From positions 24,805 through 88,804 of the forward strand of contig JBFMGU010000008.1 in the NCBI GenBank assembly GCA_040752415.1: a DNA stretch of 64,000 nucleotides, given 5' to 3'. The stretch is from Myxococcota bacterium. Its GTDB lineage: Bacteria > Myxococcota > JACRCW01. Positions within the stretch are counted from its first letter, which is position 1; each line of letters opens with the position of its first letter. Positions 48,311 to 60,300 of the stretch are shown piece by piece. The position numbers were made by a program, and so were the translations under genes. Below the pieces are notes generated by a model. It worked only from the letters and a program-made list of their open reading frames with translations. It was not told the origin of the DNA and did no database searches.

Positions 48311-51300
48311 TCAGTCGAAGACCGGGTACTCGCAGATGTAGGCGATGGTCTCGGAGCACGGACGGTCGCTCCACCGCGCCTGCGGATCAAACGCGGTGAG
48401 GAGGATCTCCGCGCAGTGTTCCGCGCCACCGAAGTTGTCCGGCTGGCCCGGGTACCAATCGGTGAACGTGACGGCCTCACCCGTGGTGGAGACCCATGTG
48501 CCTTCGGTCGCCACGTCATTGAGGCCAATCCAAGCGCGCGCACCGCCAGCGAGGCTCTGCACGAGGTCGTTCTCCGCCGCCAGGGTGGGAACCGTCAAGT
48601 GCCCACCCCTGAACGTGCACCCACTCTCGGCGTCGTTCCAGTTGGCCGCGGTGTCCACCCTGGCGTAGCAGCGGCCCGTGTTGGGATCGACGGAGAAGGC
48701 GGCGCCCTCCGGGTAGTTGCCGCTGTCGCACACCTGGCCGTTGACGCACTGGCTGGTGCAGCCGTCAGTGTTGTCGGAGTTGCCGTCGTCGCACTGCTCG
48801 TCGCCGGTCTGGACGCCGTCACCGCAGTCGTGCGGCTCGATCTCGCAGATGTACTGCAGAGCCGCGCCACCCGTGCAGGCCTGGTCGAACCACGCGTCCG
48901 AGGCATTGGCCGCGATGCAGTCCGGAATCGCTCCGGAGTTGCCCGGGCCTTCACCGGCCGCCCATGCCGCGAAGCTGTACACGTCGGTGCTGACCACCCA
49001 CTGGTAGTTGTCGGGCAGCGTGTTCCGCAGACCAATCCACGTGACCGCGTTGCTCAACCCGGCCGTGGCGTTGGACCACTCGTTGAAGCCGGTGAACGTC
49101 ACCAAGTGGCCGCGAGCGCCGATCGCGTTGCCCTTCGCGACGCAGTCCGCCTGCGCCACGTTCCAGTCGTCGGTGGCACTGGCCGCCGGCATCAGCAGGT
49201 AGCAGTGATCAGGGTTGCCGGCGTCACCCACCACCGCCTCGGCGGCCCCGAACGCGCCCGCCACGCACTCGATGGTGCAGGTCGAGCTGCAGCCGTCGCC
49301 GCTGTCGCGGTCACCGTCGTCGCACTGCTCGTAGTACTCGGTCAGACCGTCGCCACACTCGCAGGCATCACCGTAGGCATCGCCGTCGGTGTTGGTCTGC
49401 GAAGCGTTGGAGACGAACTGGCAGTTGTCGGCACCGTCCATGACGCCGTCGTTGTCGTCGTCGGGGTCACACGGGTCGCCCTGCGCGTCGCCGTCGTTGT
49501 TGGCCTGGCCGGGGTTGGCGTTGAGCGGGCAGTTGTCGCCGCCGTCGTTCAGCCCGTCGTTGTCGTCGTCGGAGTCGCAGGCGTCGCCGAAGCCGTCACC
49601 GTCGGTGTTGGTCTGGTCGCTGTTGCTGACGAACTGGCAGTTGTCGGTGCCGTCGGCAACACCGTCGTTGTCGTCGTCGCTGTCACACACGTCGCCCGCG
49701 CTGTCGCCGTCGTTGTTCTCCTGGCCGGGGTTGGCGATGACCGGGCAGTTGTCGGAGCCGTCGGACAGCCCGTCGTTGTCGTCGTCGGAGTCGCAGGCAT
49801 CACCCTCGGCGTCGCCGTCGGTGTTGGTCTGCGCCCCGTTGCTCACGAACTGGCAGTTGTCCGCGCCGTCCGCCACGCCGTCGTTGTCGTCGTCGGCGTC
49901 GCACACGTCTCCCTGGGCGTCGCCCTCGTTGTTCTCCTGGAACGGATTGGCGTCGACCGGGCAGTTATCCGCACCGTCAACCACGCTGTCGTTGTCGTCG
50001 TCGGGGTCGCAGACGTCGCCGAGGCCGTCGTCCTCGTTGTCGTCCTGGCCCGGGTTGAAGTCCACCGCGCAGTTGTCCACGTCGCCGCAGACGCCGTCGC
50101 CGTCCTGGTCGTTGTTCGGGTCGTTCGGGCAGGCATCCACCGGCTCGCAGATGGTGTCGCCATCGCTGTCGTAGCAGGTGACCGACACACGCAGGCGGTA
50201 GTCGAACTCCAGGGCCTCCTCATCGAACGGATACTCCTCGACCAGCAGCCAGTAGGTACCGGCGGGCAGGTTGGTGAGGAACGCACCCATGTCCGGGTTC
50301 GCCGGGTCGAGGTGCGAGCAGTAGTCGATGCCGTCGTCGTCGCTGGAGATCAGCTCGCCGAAGGAGTCGTAGAGGTGGACGATGGTGTCCGTCCCGTACT
50401 GGAACGGCGGCCACGTCGCATCCGAGCCCGGCGGCGGGGACAGCTGCGGGTCGCAGGAGTCCAGGAACGGCGAGCGGTCAAAGGACTGCACGTCCAGGTT
50501 GAACGGCTTGTCCGCCGTGAACTCGAACCAGTCCACGCCGCCCAACTCCGCCGTGGCGTTGGCCACCACCACGGAGGCCGTGGCGGAGAGGGCGCCAATG
50601 CCCAGCGCGTCCGCGACGGTGCTGTCGTCGTTGTCCTCGGACTCGAAGATGTTGCCCGCGTCAATCTGGCACAGCGAGCTGCATCCGTCGTCGTTGAGGA
50701 AGTTGCCGTCGTCGCAGGCCTCACCCAGGTCCATGACGCCGTTGCCACACACGAAGCCGAGCTGCAGGGCACGCGAGTAGAAGTTGGTGGGGTCGGAGGG
50801 GTTGTACGAGTACGGCACCACGCCACCGCAGTTGCCAGTGCCCAGCAGGTCCACCGTCTGCCCGAAGGGACCGGACGCCGGCGTGGTGCTGCCGTACGGA
50901 CCCCAGCCAATCGGGTGGAACGTCTCGTTGATCTGCAGGTTGGTGCCCGTGAGGGTCACGTTGGCGCGACCTTGGTACTCAGGCGCCCAGTTGCACGCAC
51001 CCGCCGAGGAGTAGCCGTTCTGCGTGATGCCGCCGATCTGGCCCACGGTCGTGGAGTACGTGTAATCGTACAGGTCCACGAGCAGGGTGGCGGGGTTGAT
51101 GCGCACCTTGGAGAAGCGGCTCAGGACGGTGACGCCGGGGTAGAAGGTCGGGTCGGCCTTGGTCTCCGACACGTTCTCCCAACCCACCTGCGACAGCGTC
51201 ACGAACTCGACGGGCGTGCTGGCCATGTTGTGGCAGTAGGCCAGGTAGCTGATGTCGGGGTCGTGCTGCGGGTGCAGGCGGTAGGTGCCGTCGGCCGCGG

Positions 51301-54300
51301 AGGCGTTGGCGGCACGGATGTCCGCGCAGGTCTCCGCCGGTGCCGCATCCAGCGTGCAGGAACCACCCAGCACGCAGGTGCAGCCGTCATTGGCGAGGTA
51401 GTTGTCGTCGTCGCACGGCTCACCCGCGTCCACCGTGCCGTCGCCGGGGAACGGGCTGCCCACCGCCACGCGGATGAGGCCCTGGTCATAATACGTGCCG
51501 TCGGTGATCGTGTACTCCACCGTGGCGTAGCCCACGAAGTTGGTGGTGGGGTTCACGATGATCTGGCCCGCGGAGATGTTGATGGTGCAGTTCACCCGCG
51601 CGCCGAAGTTGAAGATCGTCGGGCTGGTGCCGTCCGGGTCGCTGTCGTTGGCCAGCATCTCGGCGAACGTGATGGTCCTGCTGGTGTTCATGGGCGTGGT
51701 GAACCGGTCATCCACCGCCACCGGAGCATCCGGCGTGTTGGCCACCACCACCGTGATGGTGGCGACACTGGAATCCAGGGCACCGTCGTTCACGTGGTAG
51801 GTGAAGCTGGTGCTGCCCTGGAAGTTGGGCGCCGGCCAGAACAGCAGACCGCCGGGGGTGGTGGTGACAATGCCGTGCGCGGGGTTGGGCTCGGTATCCA
51901 GCACGATGGCCGCGCCGGAAACCGCGTTGTCCACGTCGCTGTCGTTGCCGCGCGGGTCAATGACCACCTCCGCCAGGGCGGCCGGGCCGTTGCCCTGCAC
52001 ATCCTCGGTCATGTTGAAGGTGTCATTGTTCGCCACGGGCGCGTCGTTCACCGGCACCACGAAGATGTTCAACGTGGCAGTGGCCTGCGCGCCGCGCTCA
52101 TCCTCGATGGTGTAGCCCACCGTGGTGGGACCGTTGAAGTTCAGCGTCGGCGTGAAGGTGATGTCGGAGTCGGTGAAGGTGGCCGAACCGTTGGAAGCGG
52201 ACACCGCCACCACGCGGATGGAGTCACCGTAGAGCACGTCGACATCGCTGTCATTGGCGGTGACGTTGAAGGTGACCGGCGTGTCCTCGTTGGTGCTGGT
52301 GGCGTCATCCTGTGCCACCGGGGTGTCGTTCACCTCGTCAACAACCACGGTCACCGTGGAACCGGCCGTGCCGATGCCGTCGATGGTGTCGATGATGTCG
52401 TAGTTGAACGTGATGGTACCGGCGAAGTTCGCGTCGGAGTCCACCTGGAGGCAGCCGTTCAGCGACGCGCAACCCGGCGTGCCGCTGGCCACGGTGGTGA
52501 CCGTGGCGTTGCTGACGCCCCAGAACCCGAGGATGCTGAGCACGTCGCCCTGCGCGAAGTCCGCGTCGGTGTCGTTGAGCAGCGCATCCACCACGACGAG
52601 CTCGTCCTCGTTCACGTGGATGGTGCCGCCCGCGCCGTCCGCCACGGCCACGGGATCGTCGGGAACCTGCGTGACGGTCACGGTGACCACGCCGGTGTCG
52701 GTGAGGCCGATGATGTCCTCCACCGTGTAGCCGAACGTGACTTCACCCACGAAGTTCGCATTCACGGTGATGTCCACGGTCTCCGCGCCGCTCTGAGTCA
52801 CGGTGGCGCCGCTCAGGCCCGTGAGATCCAGCGCGGAGATGACCAGGTCGTCGCCGTAGACCAGGTCCGGATCGGTGTCGTTGGTGATCAGGTTCAGGCT
52901 GAACACCAGCGAGTCCTCGGCGACGGTGGTCGCGTCGTCCACCGCGGTGGGGCCGTCGTTGTTGTTGGTGACGTTGACGGTGACCGTGGCGGTGGAGCTG
53001 TTGTTGGCGATGTCCGTCACCGTGTAGGTGAACGTGACGCCGGTGCCGGAGAAGTTGGTGGCCGGCGTGAACACCACCTGCTTCTCATCCGCGGTGATGG
53101 TCACCGAGCCGGCGGCCGGCGGCGGCTGGGTCACGGCGGTCACGCGCAGGTTCTCGCCCAGCTCATTGCCGAAGCCGAGGTCCGGATCCTGGTCATTGTC
53201 CAGCACCGGGATGGTGATGGCGTTCTCCTCCGGTGTGTTGACCGGGCCGTCATTCACGGCGACCACCGGGTCCTGGACCCCGGTCACCACGATGGTGACG
53301 TGCGCCGTCGACTGGACGCCGGCGAGGTCGCGGATGGTGTAGTCGTAACCCGCAATGCCGTTGAAGTTGGACGCGGCGGTGAAGGTGATGCTCCGGTTGT
53401 CGCCCTGGATGGTCGGGGTGCCGCCCACCGCGTTGCTGACGCCGATGACGGTGAGCACGTCGGTGTCCGGCGCGCTGTTGGCCAGGTCCACGTCGGTGTC
53501 GTTGGTCACCACGTCAGCGGTGATGAACGTGTCCTCGGCAATGGAGCCCAGGTTGTCGGCGAAGGCGGTCGGGTTGTCGTTGACGGAGGTGACCGTCACG
53601 GTGACCGTGGCCGAGTCGCTGCCGCCGTCGGCGTCCTCCATGGTGTAGCTGAACGTGTACACACCAATGAAGTTGGGGGCCGGGGTCAGGCGGACCTGGT
53701 TGCTCTCAATGCTGGTGGTGGCCGCGCCCGCGCCGTCGGGGTCGGTCACGGAGACCACGGTCAGCGCGGAGCCCTCCACCGGGTCCTCGTCGTTGGCCAG
53801 CACGTCAATGAGGATGGAGTTGTCCTCCGGCGTGGTGGCGGGGTCGTTGTCGGCGTTCGGGAGATCGTTCACCGAGTTGACCACCAGGGTCACCGCGCCG
53901 GTGTCCGTGGCGCCCGACGGCTCCTGGAGGACGTACTGCCAGGTCACCAGCCCGTAGTAGTTGAAGGCGTCGGGTTGCGGCTCCCAGACCACCTTGTTGG
54001 GGTCCATGGCGTCCTGCGTGATGGTTCCGTGGTCGACGATGCCAAGGAACAGGATGGTCAGCGCCTCGTCATCCACGTTGTTCGCGGCGTCGTTCACCAC
54101 GGAGAACACGGTCACCGGCGTGTCCTCGTCGGTGACGAAGGCCGGGTCGACGGCGCCGTTGTCGTCGTAGGCCAGCGGCGGGTCGTTGACCGGGGTGATG
54201 GTGACGGTGGCCGTGGCGGTGCGGCACAGCGGGTCGGCCTGCAACGAGCTGGTGCCGAGGTTCCAGGTCTGGCCGTTGTCGCAGACGGTGTAGGTGAAGC

Positions 54301-57300
54301 TGTCCGTCCCGAACATGTTGGTGCCCGGCGTGTAGATGATGTTGCTGCCGGAGATCACCACCGTGGAGCCGAAGTTGCGCGTGCAACGCGGGCTGGCCAG
54401 GTCGGCCGCGCAGTCCGGGTGCGCCGGCGTGGGCGGACCCGCGCGCAGCGTGGCGCTGACGTTGGTGATGTTCAGCGTCTGGCCCTCACCGCCGGAGCCC
54501 TCATTGGCCGGGCCCACGGTGTCATTGGCCAGCAGCACGGAGAACGGAATGGTCTTGGCGACCTCTTCGCTGGTGGTCAGCGCCGCGCCGCCCACGTCGT
54601 CGGACGGAACCGGCGGGTCATTCTTGGGACGCACCACCACATTGATGGTGCCGCTGGCCGTGCGGAAGTCGTTGTCGGGATCCGGCGGGGTGCCGTCGGC
54701 GGTCACGCCGTTGTCCTGCGCCGTGTAGGCGAAGGAGTCGGTGCCCGTGTAGTCGGGATCCGGCGGCGTGTAGGTGATGTCCGAGGCGCCGTCCGCCACG
54801 CTGCCGAGAGTGACGGTGGGGATGGCCCCGGCGCTGAGCACCATCAGGGACTGACCGGCCTCATCCGCGGGGACGGGCACGGCAGCCACCGTGTCATTGG
54901 CCAGGAACACGTTGTCCGCCAGCGTGCGCGGCGTGTCCTCCACCACGTCAATGGTGTCGAGGTTGGCCACCGGCGCGTCGTTGGTGGGCCGCACGATGAT
55001 GGTCACCACCGCGGTGTCGGAGCTTGCGCCTGCCTCGTCCACGACGTGGAACACCAGGCTGTCGCTGCCCGCGAAGTTGGCGTTGGGCGTGTAGGTGCGG
55101 TCCGCGACCCCGGTGCCCGGCGGGTTGAGCGTGCCGCTGGTGGGTGCGGTGTCGATCACGTACGAGAGCGTGGCGACGTCGGTCTCCACGTCGGACGCAT
55201 CCAGCGTGATGAGGATGGAGCCGTCCTCCTGGACCGCCACGGTCTGGCCGGTCACCGTGGGGATGTCGTTCACGGGCAGCACGTTGATGTCGAGGCCACC
55301 GGTGGGCGGCTCCGACAGCGTGCTGGCCGTCACCGCGCCGGTGTCGGTGGCGCGCGCCTCGACCGTCAGCGTGACGTCCACCGGGAGGTCATCCACGGGG
55401 TTGGGCGCGTTGAGCTGGTGACGGTAGGTGAGGCCGACGAGCTGGGCCGGCGTGAGCCGGTAGGTACCAAAGCCCAGGTCGGTGCCGGCGGAGAGCGAGG
55501 CGCCCTCGGGCACGCCGCTGATGTAGATGTCCAGCGTCTCCGAGCCGTCCATGTCCACCAGCGCGGTCACGATCTTGCCGTCGAGGCTGATGTCCGTGTC
55601 CTCGTCGCCGGAAGCGGCGCTCACCGTCAGGGTGGGCGCATCCGCCACGGCGGTCACCGTCACGTTGATGGTGCGCGGGGTGTTGGCGGTGTTCCCGTTG
55701 GCGGCCTCCGTGGCGGTGGCGGTCACCGTGAGGGCGAAGTCCGCGTCGCTGTGCGGAGCCGGCGTCAGCGTCAGGGCCGGGGTGACCACGTTGTCGACGC
55801 GGCAGCTGCCCGCCGGCTGACCGGCCGTGCTGCAGCCGGCAATGCTGGCGCCCGCGGGAATGCCGGAGATCACCGCGCTCAGGGTCTCCGAGCCGTCGGG
55901 GTCGTTGAGCGCCATGCTCACGTTGAGGGCCACCGGGGTGTCCTCATTGGTGCTGGCGTCGGCCACGGTCAGCGTGGGCGCGTCCGCCACGGCCACCACC
56001 GTCACGAACACGGTGGCCTGGTCGGTGAGGCCGCCGGTGGGACGGTCGGAGATGAGGTAACCGAACAGCGCCGGGCCGTCGTAGTTGGAGTCCGGCGTGA
56101 AGCGCACGTGCGTCCCGTTGGTGGCGTTGGGCGTGCCGTCGGAGTTGACGCGCGCCACCGTGCCGTGACCGTTGATGTCATTCAGCACGTTCTGCACCGT
56201 CAGGGAGTCGCCGTCGGCGTCGGTGTCATTGGACACCAGCTGCGCCAGCGGCAACATGATCGGCGTGTCCTCGTTGGTGGTGATGATGTCCGGCGCCACA
56301 CCGTCGTCGTTGGCCACCGGCGTGTCGTTCACCGGGTTGACCGCGATGCTGACGCGGCCGGTGTCGGTGCCACCGCGTCCGTCGGCGACCACGTAGTCGA
56401 ATCCGGCGGGGCCCGAGTAGTTGGGCGCGGGCTGGAAGATGACACAGGGGGCCGGCGTGGGGTTGCAGGTGGCCGCGGAGCTGGAGAGCGAGACCAGGCC
56501 GTTGCTGGGGTTGCTCACCGTCGGGACACCGAGGGTGTCACCGTCCACGTCCGTGTCATTGGACACCAGGGCGGACACCGCGATGATGACCTGGGTGTCC
56601 TCGTCGGTGGTGCCGCTGTCATCCACCGCCACCGGCGCGTCGTTCACCGGGTTGACGGTGACGGTCACCGTGGCGGGAGCGGAGATGGCGCCCGCGCTGT
56701 CGCGCGCGGTGTACTCGAAGGTGGCCGTCCCGAAGAAGTTGGCGTTGGGACGGAACTCGAGCGTGCCAGCGTTGTTGAAGATGGTGCCGTTGGTCAGCGC
56801 CGTGGCGTTGTTGAGCGTGATGGTGTCGCCGTAGACGGTGTCCGCGTCGGTGTCATTGGCCAGCACCGCGGTGGCGATGACCAGCGCGCCGTCCTCGTTC
56901 ATCGTGGCCGTGTCATTGACCGCCACCGGCGTGTCGTTCACCGCCGTGAAGGTGAAGGTCACCGTGGCCACGTTGGAATCCGCGGAGGCCGGGTCGCGCA
57001 GGCGGTAGCTCACCGTCACGTCGCCATTGAAGTTGGCGTTGGGGTGCGTGAACACGATCTGGTTGCTGCCGTTCACCGAGGCGCCCGCGGGCGGGGAGAC
57101 CAGCACCACCGTGAGCTGGTTGAACAGGTGGTCCACGTCGCGGTCATTGGAGGCGTCGTCACCGCGCGGATCCACCGTCAGCGTGGAGCCTTCCGCGCCG
57201 GACGCGGTCAGGTTCACCGCCACCGGGGCGTCGTTCACCGGCGTCACGTTGACGGACACCAGCCCCGTGTCGGTGGAGCCGTTGCCGTCGCTCACCACGT

Positions 57301-60300
57301 ACTGGAAGGACGCGGAGCCGTTGAAGTTGCTGGCCGGGGTGAAGGTCACCGAGGTGCCGTCGAAGGACACCGTACCGTTCACCGGCGTGTTCACCGAGTC
57401 GATGGTCAGCGTCTGCGGCGGCGTGTCGGCGAGATCGGCGTCGGTGTCATTGCTGACCAGGTTGGCGATGGTGAAGGTGCGCGGCGTGTCCTCGCTGGTG
57501 CTGGCGGAGTCATCCACCGCCACCACCAGGTCATTCACCGCGGTGATGGTGACGGTCACCGTGGCGGACGACGCCAGGCCGGTGCCGTTGCGGTCCTTCA
57601 CCTCGTAGGTGAACGTGTCCGCGCCGTTGCGGTTGGCCGACGGCGTGTAGGTCACCACGCCCGCGCCATCCACCGCCGCCGTGCCCTTGGTGCCGTTCTG
57701 GACGATGCGCACCACCTTGAGGGTGTCGTTGACCGGCGGACCCATGTCCGCGTCGGTGTCGTTGCCAAGCACGTTGACCACGAGGTTGGCCGGCGTGGTC
57801 TCATCCTCCGCCACCGTGAAGGTGTCGTTGGCGGCCACCGGCGCGTCGTTGACGTCGGTAACGGTGACCTGGACCTGCGCGGTGGCGGTCAGCGGGTTGG
57901 TGGGGTGGTTGTCGGTGATGGTGTAGCTGAACGTCACCGTGCCCACGAAGTTGGCGGCGGGCGTGTAGGTCACGCTGGTGGCGGTGAAGGTCGCCGTGCC
58001 GCTGCTGGGCGCGGTGGTGCCGGTCACGCTGAGCGTGGTGCCGGTGTCCACGTCGCTGTCGTTGCTGAGGACAAACACCTCGACCGCGGTCTCCTCCGCG
58101 GTGGTGGCCGTGTCGTTCTGGGCCACCGGCGCGTCGTTGACCGCGTTGACGGTGACCGTCACCAGGCCGGTGTCGGTGCCACCCTGGCCGTCGCTCACCG
58201 TGTACTCAAAGGAGCCCGTGCCGTTGAAGTTGGTGTTGGGCGTGAAGGTGATGCTGCCGGCCACCAGGCTCACCGTGCCGTTGACCGGGTTGCTCACCGC
58301 GGTGACCGTGCGCGGGTCGCCGTCCACGTCGGTGTCATTGGCGGAGAGGTCGGTGGCCGGGAAGGTCAGGGCCACGTCCTCATTGGTGCTCTTGCTGTCA
58401 TCCACCGCCACCGGCGCGTCATTGACGGCGGTAACGTTCACCGTGACGTGCGCGGTGACCGTGGCGATACCGTCGGTCAGGTCGTAGTCAAATCCGGCCA
58501 CGCCGAAGAAGTTGGCAGACGGCGTGAAGCTGAAGCTGCCGCCGGCCAGGGAGACCGTGCCGTTCACCGGGTTGGAGACGGCCACCACCGTCAGCGGGTT
58601 GTTGTCGGAGTCGCTGTCGTTGGCCTTCAGCACGTCGGTGGACTGCGTGAGGGTGACGTCCTCGTTGGTGGAGACGGTGTCGTTCTGGGCCACCGGCGGG
58701 GAGTTGGAGAAGGAGATGTTGAGGTTGACGTCGCCCTGCACCGTGGCGACGCCGTCGGTCAGCGAGTAACGGAAGCTGGCCGGGCCGTTGTAGTTGGTGT
58801 TGGGCGTGAAGGTGATGACCCCACCCGAGAGGGACACCGAGCCGTTCACCGGGTTGGAGACGGCGGTCACCTGCAGCGTGGTGCCCACGTCGACGTCGGA
58901 GTCATTGGACAGGACGTTGGCCACCGGGATGTTGAGCGGCGTGTCCTCCAGACCGGTGAAGGAGTCGGTGCCGGCCACCGGCGGGTCGTTGACGGGGGTG
59001 ATGTCCACGGTGACCGTGCCCACGTCGGTGCCACCCTGACCGTCACTCACCACGTAGGTGAACTGCGCGGCGCCCACGCCGTTGAGGTTGGCCGCCGGGG
59101 TGAAGGTCACCAGGCCGGAGCCCACCGTGACCGTGCCGTCCAGCGGGTCCACCATGGCCACGCTGGTGATGCTCAGCGGGTTGCCGTCCAGGTCGGTGTC
59201 ATTGGCGAGCAGGTTGGCTTCCGCCAGGTTGAGCGCCACGTCCTCGCTGGTGGAGCGCGTCTCGTCGGTGGCCACCGGCGCGTCGTTCTGGCTGGCCACC
59301 GCCACGGTGACCGTGCCGTTGGCGGTGCCGCCGCGGCCGTCCGCCACCGTGTAGCTGAAGGAGGCCGTGCCGTTGAAGTTGGCGTTGGGCGTGAAGGTCA
59401 CGTCGCCACCGGCCAGCGCCACGCTGCCGTTGGAGGCGCCGAACACGTTGGTGACCGTGAGGGTGTCGCCGTCGGCGTCGGTGTCATTGCCGGACAGCAC
59501 CGTGGAGGCCACCGTGAGGGGAGTGTCCTCGTTGGTGGAGAGGCTGTCGGCCGCGGCCACCGGGACGTCGTTCACGCCGTTGACGCGCACGTTGACCGTG
59601 CCCGTGGCGGTGCCACCCACGCTGTCGCGGACCGTGTAGGTGAAGATCACGTCGCCATTGAAGTTGGGCGCCGGGGTGTAGGTCACCAGGCCGGCGTTCA
59701 GCGTCACCGTGCCGGCGGGCTGGCCACCGGTGTCCTGCGCCGGGGAGGAGACCGCCGTCACCGTCAGGGCCTGGTTCTCCACGTCGGTGTCGTTGCCGGC
59801 CAGCGTGGCGGCGGCGATCACGAGCGGCTGGTCCTCCGTGGCCGTGAAGTTGTCGTCGTTGGCCACCGGGACGTCATTGACGCTGTTGATGGTGACGTCC
59901 ACGAACGCGACCGCCGTGGCGCCCGCGGTGTCGCGCACGGTGTACTGGAAGCGGCCCGCGCCGAAGAAGTTGGCGTTGGGCGTGAAGGTGATGGTGCCGT
60001 CGCCGTTGAGCACCGCGGCGCCGTTGCCACCGCCCGCGTTCTGGACCGCGATGACCTGGAGCGAGTCACCCTGGTCGATGTCGTTGTCGTTCACCAGCAG
60101 GTCGTTGGCGGGGAAGGTGAGCGCCACGTCCTCGTCGGTGGTCTTGGCGTCATCCTGCGGCTGCGGCGTGTCGTTCTGCGGGACCACCGTCACCACGATG
60201 TCCGCCGTGGCGGTCAGGTTCCCGTCGGTGATCTGGTAGGTGATGACGCCGTCGGACACCGAGTTGGGCGCGGGGTTGAAGGTGATGGACTCATCCGCGT

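Noticed and set aside
49360..50170. gtcgttgtcgtcgtc periodic repeats as a non-coding array
   Set aside because: They encode TSP3-type Asp-rich repeats within the giant gene
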